Notes under the pieces: generated by a model
The model's database searches: none
What the model saw: the letters and a program-made list of their open reading frames with translations, nothing else
Told to the model about the DNA's origin: nothing
Translations under genes and position numbers: made by a program
Part shown: piece by piece, positions 19,473-28,050 of the stretch
Layout: every line of letters starts with the position of its first letter
Position numbering within the stretch: the stretch's first letter is position 1
IMG/VR virus record: IMGVR_UViG_3300046314_000184
Location: 1 to 45,741 of that record
Strand: one strand, 5' to 3'
DNA: 45,741 nucleotides
Source of the DNA: a virus
Taxonomy: Duplodnaviria; Caudoviricetes

Positions 19473-21150
19473 AGTTCATTCGGAATTCACCATCCCTGAG
19501 AAACACAAGCTGACGCTTTCCATTGGGGAAAATCAGACAATGTGCATGATCCCATGTGGATGCTGATTTGACATAACCCATATGGAAGATGGATGATGTC
19601 CCTACGCAATATGACCCCTTGTTGCACGCGGGACTGTGCGAATGCGCCGTAACCGTCTTGTCAGGCATATCGGTAAACTGCCTCAGAGACCCACGAGAGC
19701 CATTCCTCCCCGCATCCCCATGCATCCCCAATTCAATGTTGTGAATCTTGAATGTGTCAAACTGTTTCAGGAATCGAACCGCCCCGGAGTCATACCCTCG
19801 CTTGGTCTTGAAATATACCCCCAACGCAGCAGGAATCTCTCCATTGTTCTTGTCCATATGGTCATACATCAGATATGACAACTCATGAAACAATTTGGCA
19901 TTCATTGGGTCTTTGCGAATGTCGGTCTCTTTGAGCCACTTGTCCAAGTGAATGTCATGGTTGGAACCAACGACAATAGCCTGACAATCAGTGGGTCTGT
20001 TATCCACAATAAAGTCAATCGCCTGTTCGATTTCGGCCCTGACATTGCCCCAATCCTTGATGTGCTTCATATAGGAGACAAACTGATCTCCGGATGTATG
20101 ATGGGAACGGCTGTTGAAATCCAGCACATCATGAATGACCCAATACTTGGGTTGGACAGCATGAATCAGACCATTGGCTCCATAGGTTGCATGATAGACT
20201 TCCCGATCATGGAAAATAACATGGCTATCCCCGGTGACGCATACATCGGCTCTGGTTGGGCGAATTTCATGTCCAATGTATTCTGTATCCAAGTCACAGA
20301 ATCCACCAGAGACATCATCATAGTTCAACTGACGAATAAAGCACTCTCCAGAGTCCAACAGTTCAACCACCACGGCAGACATCGAGTGATTAAAGTCGGC
20401 AGAGATACCACTCTTGGTAGATGAATATAACTGCTTGGTAACTGCACCAGTCGTTGTGATGATCGGAGGATACTTCCTATCCTTACCACGAGCCAGAGTC
20501 CTGAGTTGATATTGAGAATGCCCCAAGATCAGTGAGTTTCCCTTTGAGAAGGCATCCATTGATGCCAATGGGTTAACTGCTGTTGCCAGTAGCTTCAGAC
20601 CGCCCATGATGACCAATTGATTATTCTCAAAGTGGATGTTATTGTCCACACAGTAAGGTTCAATCAGCGGGTCATAGGCAATATCGGGTTGATTTGAGCC
20701 GGGGGCTTTGTATCGAACCGGAATAACAACCAGACTGGCTGACTTGTCCTTGCAGTATGACTGAAGGGTTGCCAAGAACTGCTGATCAACTTCTGCATTG
20801 TTCTGTGCTGTGGTGATGACGATTCTCTTATGAGACTTGATCATCTGGATGTAACCATCATCTCGCATATAAGACCCAATAGCCTCGTATGCATCCTCAT
20901 CAATCACATTTTCTGGAGAGACGCCATCATAGGCATAATCATCTTCAGCATCAGAATCTTCTTGATGATGATTATGGTGGATGGTGTTATCCTCTTGAAT
21001 ATCGCCAGTTTCTTCTGATACAACCCCAAGGATGGTATAGAAATTATCACCACAGTCATTGCAGGAATAACGATACCGATTGGGGTTGGTCTTGGCGTTG
21101 GGTTGTCCACGCCTTCTGGTGCGGCTGGAGCCGCATCTAACACAAAACAT
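19471..21150 (-). CDS. T5 A1-like metallophosphoesterase/nuclease with an N-terminal zinc ribbon
   Basis: ITTAQNN, GDSH, HDVLD..SRSHH, GSNHD, HGDAG.NGSRGS, AHSHSP; N-terminal CxxC...CxxC. Confidence 0.75.
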   Translation of the reverse strand: MFCVRCGSSRTRRRGQPNAKTNPNRYRYSCNDCGDNFYTILGVVSEETGDIQEDNTIHHNHHQEDSDAEDDYAYDGVSPENVIDEDAYEAIGSYMRDDGYIQMIKSHKRIVITTAQNNAEVDQQFLATLQSYCKDKSASLVVIPVRYKAPGSNQPDIAYDPLIEPYCVDNNIHFENNQLVIMGGLKLLATAVNPLASMDAFSKGNSLILGHSQYQLRTLARGKDRKYPPIITTTGAVTKQLYSSTKSGISADFNHSMSAVVVELLDSGECFIRQLNYDDVSGGFCDLDTEYIGHEIRPTRADVCVTGDSHVIFHDREVYHATYGANGLIHAVQPKYWVIHDVLDFNSRSHHTSGDQFVSYMKHIKDWGNVRAEIEQAIDFIVDNRPTDCQAIVVGSNHDIHLDKWLKETDIRKDPMNAKLFHELSYLMYDHMDKNNGEIPAALGVYFKTKRGYDSGAVRFLKQFDTFKIHNIELGMHGDAGRNGSRGSLRQFTDMPDKTVTAHSHSPACNKGSYCVGTSSIFHMGYVKSASTWDHAHCLIFPNGKRQLVFLRDGEFRMN

Positions 21151-21170
21151 AGGTTCCCCTATTGATTTAC

Positions 21171-21196
21171 AAAAAGAACGCCTTGTAGGGCGTTCT
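21171..21196 (-). terminator. Rho-independent terminator
   Basis: AGAACGCC/GGCGTTCT stem with a T tract on the minus strand. Confidence 0.7.
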
Positions 21197-21217
21197 GGTG
21201 CGTTTTAGAGGCATTCC

Positions 21218-21433
21218 TTATGCCAAGGAATACTTCACGATCCGGCGCATTGACCCATTGATCCTTCGCGAGACATATTCTCGGGTGATGGCAGCATTTT
21301 TCTGAGTGATCAGACGATGCACGGTTGCGCTTGGATTACCAAGTTTGTATTGAGCCTTGGCTTGTTTCCGACTGAGTTCAGCACCTTTAATCAGGCGCAT
21401 CAGAAACTTAGCCTCTTTGCCTGTTTTCTTCAT
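21218..21433 (-). CDS. Small basic winged-HTH DNA-binding protein
   Basis: MKKTGKEAKFL...LSRKQAKAQYKLGNPSATVHRL...VKYSL; start reassigned to 21433. Confidence 0.65.
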   Translation of the reverse strand: MKKTGKEAKFLMRLIKGAELSRKQAKAQYKLGNPSATVHRLITQKNAAITREYVSRRINGSMRRIVKYSLA

Positions 21434-21440
21434 GGTGATT

Positions 21441-21752
21441 TTACCCCGTGATAATCTGGGTATTTGGAAGGATGATTTCGCCAGTGGCTTCGACATACTG
21501 ATTCGCCAGTTCCGTCTGAGGGATCGCCACAGCAACAACACCGCCTCGCATGATGCCAATTTCGGTATGCGCATATGGAATGTAGTCTGCCATGCCAATT
21601 TTCATCTGGCCCGTATCTCGATCTGGCATCTTGAACAATTGCAGAGCCTTCTTGACTTCAAAATGAGTCTCATGCTCAATGACCTTGCCAATGATTTCAT
21701 CGCCGTTGACAAGTTTCAGGATAGTGGTGGTTTCTGGGATTGCTGTGCTCAT
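21441..21752 (-). CDS. Small Sm-like fold protein (T4-like conserved)
   Basis: ILKLVNGDEIIG...LANQY...G.IILP. Confidence 0.7.
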   Translation of the reverse strand: MSTAIPETTTILKLVNGDEIIGKVIEHETHFEVKKALQLFKMPDRDTGQMKIGMADYIPYAHTEIGIMRGGVVAVAIPQTELANQYVEATGEIILPNTQIITG

Positions 21753-21809
21753 CTGTCTTGGGTCTTTCTGTGGTAGTTGTAAAACTGTTGCTTTTATGCA
21801 ACTGTCTAA

Positions 21810-21838
21810 ATTCTACCACAGAAAGATGCCAAGATCAA
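21810..21838 (-). promoter_or_regulatory. Sigma70-type early promoter
   Basis: TTGATC-17 nt-TAGAAT with TGTG extension. Confidence 0.6.
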
Positions 21839-22494
21839 GCCAAATCTGATACCAAGTCAATAAAATTGTATGTTTTTGCCTGTGGTGCAGTCATCCACTT
21901 GTCAAAGTGAGACAGGAGTTCATTCCGAATGATAGATTCGTCCAACCCAGTGAACTCCAAGTAGAGATTGACCATCTTGGCAAAATATGCATCAAACTGA
22001 CTGGCGGCATTCTTGAGTTCATGGTATGGCCCCTCAGCACCAGTTGCAAAGGCATGCGACATCAAGGATGTGTATGGCGTGGCTACCCTCTGATGTCCTG
22101 CCATCAGGATGCACAGACCAGCAGAGGACGCTTCGCCAATAGCAATTGTCCTGACTGGAATCTTGGAGCCTTTGATGACTTCAATCAAGGCAAAGCATGC
22201 TGCCATGTCTCCTCCGGGGCTGGTAATCAGCAGATTTATCACGTCTTCTGCTGGGGTTTCAACCAATACTTCCTCACCCAATTCATTTTCATCCACCTCA
22301 AACTGAGGGGTATTGCACTCAATGATACCCTCAATAATATCTGAACAGGAATCCAGAGTGATTTCACCATGCAGATGAAAGAACGTCTGGATAACCCGTG
22401 GGTGTCCGGGGAAGAAGTGCGCGTTGATACCCGATAACATTTCGGGTCTGGATGCCGCTGGCATACTGGCTCTGAGTTGCTGTGTGGTTGCCAT
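21835..22494 (-). CDS. clpP: ClpP-like protease
   Basis: INLLITSPGGD, ASSAG (catalytic Ser), MSH (His), DKWMTA..AKTYNFID. Confidence 0.85.
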   Translation of the reverse strand: MATTQQLRASMPAASRPEMLSGINAHFFPGHPRVIQTFFHLHGEITLDSCSDIIEGIIECNTPQFEVDENELGEEVLVETPAEDVINLLITSPGGDMAACFALIEVIKGSKIPVRTIAIGEASSAGLCILMAGHQRVATPYTSLMSHAFATGAEGPYHELKNAASQFDAYFAKMVNLYLEFTGLDESIIRNELLSHFDKWMTAPQAKTYNFIDLVSDLA

Positions 22495-22521
22495 CTGTTC
22501 TTCCTTTTCGTTGATATTTGA

Positions 22522-22968
22522 TTACTCTTTTCTGAAAAGCGCGGCCTCCTGTCCCCGCCTGCGCTCCAGACCATTGATCACCTTACCATTTGCCATTCTC
22601 CACTTAGAAAATTCACCTGCTGCTTTTTCAAATTCACCAGAATTGATGAACTTCAACATTGACGATTCTGAAAAATTACCAATTCCAATGTTATAGATCA
22701 AGGAAACCAATGCATCAATCTGATTCTGGTTCAGAGTGACCCTGATTAGCTTTTCCATTGGTTTAATGATTTTTTCCTGAACATGATATGTCAGTTCAGA
22801 AACGGCAGCCTCATTACTGATTCTTTCGCCCTTCTGAACCGCCTTGCCATCAGAATATCGGGTTGTCCCATATCCAATAGTCCAGACTCCAATTACATCC
22901 TGATATGCATTCTCCCGGAATCCTTCAAAGACTCGAATCAGGCTGATTGCATTCTCGGTTGCTTTCAT
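22522..22968 (-). CDS. Endolysin, GH24 lysozyme
   Basis: LIRVFEGFRENAYQDVIGVWTIGYGTT, NQIDALVSLIYNIG, GLERRR; ATG at 22968. Confidence 0.92.
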   Translation of the reverse strand: MKATENAISLIRVFEGFRENAYQDVIGVWTIGYGTTRYSDGKAVQKGERISNEAAVSELTYHVQEKIIKPMEKLIRVTLNQNQIDALVSLIYNIGIGNFSESSMLKFINSGEFEKAAGEFSKWRMANGKVINGLERRRGQEAALFRKE

Positions 22969-23060
22969 TCCTTGCTGCCTTTCTTTTGAACAGAGATGTC
23001 GCCGCCGAAAAGAATCCATGCCGGGAGGCGAAGCATGATTGATAGAATTAGTATTGGCAT
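22965..23060 (-). CDS. 31-aa hydrophobic small ORF coupled to the endolysin (candidate lysis regulator)
   Basis: AAAGGA RBS, MPILILSIMLRLPAWILFGGDISVQKKGSKE*; the stop overlaps the lysozyme start (ATGA). Confidence 0.55.
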   Translation of the reverse strand: MPILILSIMLRLPAWILFGGDISVQKKGSKE

Positions 23061-23103
23061 GGTTTTTGTTTCCTTTGTATTGGATTATTTAAACCATGCC
23101 AAT
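23053..23103 (-). promoter_or_regulatory. Translation-blocking hairpin containing a late promoter
   Basis: 13-bp perfect inverted repeat ATTGGCATGGTTT/AAACCATGCCAAT covering the ATG; TAAATA at 23086-23091. Confidence 0.7.
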
Positions 23104-23110
23104 CAGACCA

Positions 23111-23929
23111 TCAGTAGCTTCCTGAGTATTTTGCCAAGAGGTATTCGCGAACCAGTCCCGATCGTACAATATCATTGATTTCAAACTCAACAATAGACAT
23201 TGACCTCATACGACGAGCAATGGAGAGAAATTGTTTGATGCCGGATGTCTTGCCCAAGTCATTCTGGCAATCATCACCACAGAAAATCATTCGAGTGTTC
23301 CGACCAGCACGGGTAATCAGAGTCTCCAAGTGCCCAGAGTCCATGTTCTGGATTTCATCTCCAATAACCACAGCATCGTCCATTGTCACTCCGCGAATGG
23401 CAATCATTGGCTCAAAGGAAATCATACCCAATTCCTTCAGGGAGTCATAGGAATTTTTCCATGGGAAAAGTTCCGCACAGATTGCTCGATATGGAGCCTC
23501 AAATGGCGCAACTTTTTCTTCTTCGGTTCCTTTCAGGAAACCAACCTCAAAAGATTGAACCGGTGTTCTGGCGATGATGATTCGTTTCTGGGGAGTATCT
23601 GGGTCAAGAATTGTCTGGAGGGCCAAGAACATTCCAGCAAAGGTCTTACCGGTCCCGGCGTAACCATCCATAATCAGATTCTGCCCGCGATCCCATTCCT
23701 CAAAAGCAATGGCCTGATTGTCAGTCAATGGAGCCAGATTCTTCAGATCCTTCAGGTGAAATGACTTCCTGACTTGTGGTTGAATTGGGACAATAATTTC
23801 ATCGTCCTCTGGCATGACTGACCTTGAGGAACCACGGCGAGGGCGACTGGTTGTTTTCTTGACTGCGATTGGATGACCGGAACCACGTGCCCCGTTGCGA
23901 CCAGTGGTATTGCTTCTGCTACGACCCAT
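23111..23929 (-). CDS. phoH: PhoH-like ATPase
   Basis: PLTDNQ, GYAGTGKT, GFLKGT..EK, RGVT, DEIQN, CGD..QND, DIVRSGLVREY; start at 23929 after GGAG. Confidence 0.92.
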   Translation of the reverse strand: MGRSRSNTTGRNGARGSGHPIAVKKTTSRPRRGSSRSVMPEDDEIIVPIQPQVRKSFHLKDLKNLAPLTDNQAIAFEEWDRGQNLIMDGYAGTGKTFAGMFLALQTILDPDTPQKRIIIARTPVQSFEVGFLKGTEEEKVAPFEAPYRAICAELFPWKNSYDSLKELGMISFEPMIAIRGVTMDDAVVIGDEIQNMDSGHLETLITRAGRNTRMIFCGDDCQNDLGKTSGIKQFLSIARRMRSMSIVEFEINDIVRSGLVREYLLAKYSGSY

Positions 23930-23972
23930 TCGGAATCTCCTGTTTTGTGTTTGTAAAAGGGAGCCAGAAAAC

Positions 23973-24010
23973 AGAAAGGGCAGCAAAGAATAAACCTTGC
24001 TGCCCTTTCT
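23973..24010 (-). terminator. Stem-loop (terminator or processing site) upstream of phoH
   Basis: 14-bp stem AGAAAGGGCAGCAA/TTGCTGCCCTTTCT. Confidence 0.55.
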
Positions 24011-24089
24011 TGAAGGAACTAATCAGACGAAATCAATTCAACGGAAAAAGAGAAACGCATCCAGAGAGTCCTTTTGTATTGCTGACATG

Positions 24090-24452
24090 CTATTTACTCT
24101 GTAGCACATCCCATACTGTATGGACAGACCTTGAATCCAGTTCATTCATACCAGTTGCCCATATTTTATGGTATGCTGCTTTCAGGTCAGGCATGTCATC
24201 TGGAACCGAATTTTTGAAGTTCGTATAGTTGATGTTCATGACATGCTCAGCCACACGGAAACCAGCATATGCCTTGGTTACATGAATTCGATACTGATAG
24301 TCCCTGTCCTTGGTGAAGACAACATCTGCCTTCTGCGCCTCACCCATAAAGGAATGCAGGAACTTGGATTGTCGGGCGCGGACATAGACCATCTGAGAAT
24401 CCAGTTTATCCTCTACGATGGAAACCATCCCATTGTTCATACACAGCCACAT
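24090..24452 (-). CDS. Conserved hypothetical phage protein
   Basis: MW....G..SIV...VRAR...DYQYR...NYTNFKNSV...AYHKIW pattern. Confidence 0.75.
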   Translation of the reverse strand: MWLCMNNGMVSIVEDKLDSQMVYVRARQSKFLHSFMGEAQKADVVFTKDRDYQYRIHVTKAYAGFRVAEHVMNINYTNFKNSVPDDMPDLKAAYHKIWATGMNELDSRSVHTVWDVLQSK

Positions 24453-24469
24453 GATGTAGTTTTCTTTCT

Positions 24470-24787
24470 TCAGGAAGTGGTGATTGTCTGGAAGAACTCT
24501 TGGAAAGACTGCTGGGTCGGATCATAGTCAACGCCAGCAACGGTATATGTCATGTTCTTACAACCAAAGTCTGTCTCATACATCCACCATTCAATCCAGT
24601 CAAATGTTTCCATACCCAAGGCATCCTGAACCAAGGTATCCAAGGCATCAGACAATGGGTTTCTCAGACCGCATGAGGAATGATCGGCCATGATGACATT
24701 CAGCAGAGCATTGGCTTTGTCATCCATGTTGTATTGTTTGCGCTTGGCAACAATATACATGGTGGCTACGTTAATTGGTTCAAGCAT
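24470..24787 (-). CDS. Hypothetical protein
   Basis: MLEPINV...DWIEWWMYETDFG; start at 24787 overlaps the upstream stop. Confidence 0.65.
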   Translation of the reverse strand: MLEPINVATMYIVAKRKQYNMDDKANALLNVIMADHSSCGLRNPLSDALDTLVQDALGMETFDWIEWWMYETDFGCKNMTYTVAGVDYDPTQQSFQEFFQTITTS

Positions 24788-25331
24788 TGGTGAAAATATC
24801 CTTCTGAGTGGTATGGATGAATTGTAGCAGAGATTTGGTGAACTTTTCATCCACCGAGCCAGAATAAAGGATTGCCTGACCACCAGCCTCAACAAAAGCA
24901 TCCGTATTGGTCTTGTAGTCGTCAATCAGGAGTGCATCGGGGCGGGCATATTCAGCCTTGTGGCTGCTCTGGTCAACAATGTTTGTCTTCCACTTGATGC
25001 CATCTGCCTTCAGATGCCGAAGCTTCTGTTGACGCACTTCTGCAATGGTATGCTTGCCGCCTGCAGATGAAAGAATCTCGACGCAAATCAGTCCCTTTCG
25101 TTCGTATTCCTTCAGAGACTCAATCAGATGCATGGCATCGGGAAGCATCTCCAGTTTCTCAAAGCATTTTTCATCCACGAACTTCTGCCACCGTTCATTG
25201 CGAGTTTTACGATCCGTAGGGATGCGTTTGTCCACCATAAACATCTTCTGCCACATGGAGTCGAAGTTATACACGACTCCATCAAGGTCAAGAAAAATAG
25301 TCCGAGTTCCTGATTTTGAAAGTTTTTCCAT
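24780..25331 (-). CDS. 5'(3')-deoxyribonucleotidase (HAD, NT5C-like)
   Basis: IFLDLDGVV, EILSS, K..YA...LLIDD...N...F..AGG. Confidence 0.85.
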   Translation of the reverse strand: MEKLSKSGTRTIFLDLDGVVYNFDSMWQKMFMVDKRIPTDRKTRNERWQKFVDEKCFEKLEMLPDAMHLIESLKEYERKGLICVEILSSAGGKHTIAEVRQQKLRHLKADGIKWKTNIVDQSSHKAEYARPDALLIDDYKTNTDAFVEAGGQAILYSGSVDEKFTKSLLQFIHTTQKDIFTNA

Positions 25332-25365
25332 TTTGTAAAGTTTCTTTTCTTGTTTCGATGGTTCT

Positions 25366-25395
25366 ATTGTATCACAGAAACCATCCGTAGTTCAA
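25366..25395 (-). promoter_or_regulatory. Sigma70-type early promoter
   Basis: TTGAAC-18 nt-TACAAT with TGTGA extension. Confidence 0.6.
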
Positions 25396-25483
25396 AATTC
25401 TTCATGATTAAATAGATGGTAGCCACGAGACCGTTAATCTCTGCTACCCCTAGACTTATTCAACCGTTATCAAGGAGACAACT

Positions 25484-26653
25484 ATGTCCAGCAATTCTAT
25501 TTATCCACACGTCCCATATTTTTACGTCATTGAACACGTTGCTTCCAGCAAAAGATATGCCGGTTGTCGCTATGCTAAAGGATGTAATCCAGCAGAGTTC
25601 ATGACCGAAGATGGTTATTGCACCAGTTCTTCTACTGTGAAACAAATAATCGAAGACGATGGAATTGATGCGTTTGTTGTGGTTGAAATTAAGACAATAG
25701 ATGAAGTCGGTGATGTATATGACTATGAAACCAAATTCTTAACTGAAAACGATTGCGCTGCATCAGAGCAGTGGTTGAACCATCATAACAACACTGGTAT
25801 GACGTTTGGGACAGAAGAATTCAAAGCTGCTATGTTTAGTAAACATGGTGTAGAACATGCATTGCATTCTGAATTGTGTAAAGAACAAAAACGTCAGACT
25901 ATGCTAAAGAACCATGATGTTGAGCATGCAATGCAATCTGAAGAAATTAAAGAAAAATATAGACAGACTTGCTTAAAGAACCATAGCGTCGAATACCCAA
26001 TGCAATCAGAAGAAATTAAAGAAAAATCTAAAAAAAGTTGTATTGATCGTTATGGCTTTGAGTATTCGCTTCAATCAGAAGAAATTAAAGAAAAAGGGCG
26101 GCGTACAATGTTTAGCAAGTATAGAGTTGAAAACGCAAGTCAATCCGATGAAATCAAAGAACGAAAACAGCAAACTTGTATGAGAAACCATGGTGTCAAT
26201 TCCGCATTACAATTAGAAGAAGTTAGAGAAAAATCCAGATTAGCGATGTTTAATCAATATGGAGTAGAATATCCATTTCAATCTATATCGGTGAGGGAAA
26301 AATCTAAACAAACGTGTTTAAAGAACTACGGAGTTGAAAACCCATGTATGTCCGAAGAATTTCAAGAAAAGATACGGAAAACCGTCTACAAAAAATTCGA
26401 TTCAAAAATCAACAATGAAATTCTAAACGGTAACTTTAGCCGGTTTGTTTACCTCTACGACACCGTAGAAAATGTTTTCCTGATGGGTATTGAAAACTGT
26501 TTAAACAGAGGAGCCAATCCAAAGCGGTATGTCAAAATTACTGGAAATAAAGGGTCTAAGAAATACATTGACACTTTGACCGGGAAAACGTATCAAATCA
26601 ACCCCAGTTTGATAACTATGGGGCTGCCCGAAAACTTTTCCCCGAATCTATGA
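25484..26653 (+). CDS. GIY-YIG-like (Seg-type) homing endonuclease with eight 23-aa repeats
   Basis: PYFYVI....SKRYAG.R...Y.TSS..VK...YE..FL...WLN; repeats T/AxxxxHGVExxxQSEEIKEK; AT-rich, on the opposite strand, AAGGAG RBS. Confidence 0.75.
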   Translation: MSSNSIYPHVPYFYVIEHVASSKRYAGCRYAKGCNPAEFMTEDGYCTSSSTVKQIIEDDGIDAFVVVEIKTIDEVGDVYDYETKFLTENDCAASEQWLNHHNNTGMTFGTEEFKAAMFSKHGVEHALHSELCKEQKRQTMLKNHDVEHAMQSEEIKEKYRQTCLKNHSVEYPMQSEEIKEKSKKSCIDRYGFEYSLQSEEIKEKGRRTMFSKYRVENASQSDEIKERKQQTCMRNHGVNSALQLEEVREKSRLAMFNQYGVEYPFQSISVREKSKQTCLKNYGVENPCMSEEFQEKIRKTVYKKFDSKINNEILNGNFSRFVYLYDTVENVFLMGIENCLNRGANPKRYVKITGNKGSKKYIDTLTGKTYQINPSLITMGLPENFSPNL

Positions 26654-27691
26654 TTAATCCTTTTGTTTAGCCAAATACGCATCAGAAATTGCTTTGAAGG
26701 AGAACCGAGTCTCCGAGTTGGCTTTGAATACCAGACCCTCACGCAGATGGCGGTTCTTCAGGTCACCCATCTCGGGGACAATTCTGGTAAAACCATCTGC
26801 CATTGCCAGCGCAGTTTTCTGAATGGTTTGGAGGTCAGCATCACCAAAGCTGAATGCCTCATGAATAACTGGAGCAACGGCACCAATCATCTTCACGGCT
26901 TCACTGCGCTCAGATGGCGACAAATAGCGCTGCTGGTCAATGTCAAATACATCAAACACTCGGTATTGGAACTGACGCAAGTTGTATATGTTCTTCTGGA
27001 TTGCTGGCCCAATCAACTCTCCTTGGAATGCAATGTTCCGACCAAGCGACATAATGGCATCCTTGAACTTAACTCCGGTATCCACGAAAGAAGAACCAGT
27101 CAAGTCATCCTTGAGCAACAGATTGCGGCTGCAGATTCCAAACTCACCATCATTGGCAAACAGAGTCATGGAGCTACCCTCACACTTCTCGGTCACCTCA
27201 AAGGTCATCCCTTGAATCCTTTCAGCAAAGTTCCCATTAACTGATTGAATCCGTTCCTGATCAGTCTTAGGAATGAATGCAGGGAACGACCCTTTGGCAT
27301 CGGCGCTCTTGAATTCAGCGGGAGGTTCCCATTTCACGATACCAGCAATTTCGGTCAGGTCGTCACCAATGGCAAATTCACGATCACCAAAGAGGCTCAG
27401 ATCAAGCAACAGACCCTGAGAGATTGCGCCACGGAGTTTCACTGTCCGCAGACGTTCACCCTTGATCCCCTGATATTCACGAGGTTCTTTACCTTTACTA
27501 AGGTATGGGACAAGGCAAGTTGGAATAAATGAGTCAATCTCGGCGTACCCCACCAAGTCACCAACCTTACGGTTACCTTTCTTATCTACGACCCACCATC
27601 CACCGATTCTGACATGCTCAATGGCATCTGCGCCTTCAATTGGAGCAATCTCATCAACTTGTTGGACTGAGAGAAGTTTTCGTTCAGACAT
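26654..27691 (-). CDS. RNA ligase (Rnl2/DRB0094-like)
   Basis: PIEGADAIE, LRGAISQGL, PKTDQERIQ, TEKCEGSS, FQGELIGP.IQ.N.Y, REGLVFK, SFKAIS..YL. Confidence 0.9.
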   Translation of the reverse strand: MSERKLLSVQQVDEIAPIEGADAIEHVRIGGWWVVDKKGNRKVGDLVGYAEIDSFIPTCLVPYLSKGKEPREYQGIKGERLRTVKLRGAISQGLLLDLSLFGDREFAIGDDLTEIAGIVKWEPPAEFKSADAKGSFPAFIPKTDQERIQSVNGNFAERIQGMTFEVTEKCEGSSMTLFANDGEFGICSRNLLLKDDLTGSSFVDTGVKFKDAIMSLGRNIAFQGELIGPAIQKNIYNLRQFQYRVFDVFDIDQQRYLSPSERSEAVKMIGAVAPVIHEAFSFGDADLQTIQKTALAMADGFTRIVPEMGDLKNRHLREGLVFKANSETRFSFKAISDAYLAKQKD

Positions 27692-27762
27692 TTCAAACCC
27701 TTTCTTTAATTGCGCAAGTTTACCATAAGTAATTCAAGTCTGAACGCCAAGGAAGAAAATAA

Positions 27763-28044
27763 ATGCAAAAAATCAGCAAAGCCTATGAGAAGATGATTGC
27801 AGAGATGGTCGGTAGCAAATCCGATGAGAATGATCGAATTGCCTCTGCATGGAAGAAAACCTTGGAGATGAGCCCATCCCAATATGCATGGTATGCCGAC
27901 AAGGAAGGGAAAATCCCCGCGCACCAAAAGATACCTTCGTCAGAGAATGAAAAATCCAAGAATGCAGCATCCGAATACATCCGAACGCACAAGCACTCTT
28001 TTGGTGCCAGCAATCCAGAGCTAAAGGTTCTAAAGTTCTACTGA
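27763..28044 (+). CDS. Hypothetical protein, candidate internal head protein
   Basis: TAAGTA at 27726 and AAGGAAG RBS; N-terminus MQKISKAYEKMIAE. Confidence 0.65.
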   Translation: MQKISKAYEKMIAEMVGSKSDENDRIASAWKKTLEMSPSQYAWYADKEGKIPAHQKIPSSENEKSKNAASEYIRTHKHSFGASNPELKVLKFY

Positions 28045-28050
28045 TCCTGT

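Noticed and set aside
24019-24088. Tiny ORFs upstream of phoH (MRFSFSVELISSD; MSAIQKDSLDAFLFFR)
   Set aside because: They are too short to support from sequence alone, although an AAAGGA and a TAAATA lie nearby.
25829-26380. Recurrent CAATCAGAAGAAATTAAAGAAAAA as a CRISPR or DNA repeat
   Set aside because: The 69-nt period is in frame and reflects the protein repeats of the endonuclease.
25484-26653. Group I intron hosting the endonuclease
   Set aside because: Both flanking genes are intact, and the endonuclease is intergenic and free-standing with no room for an intron core.
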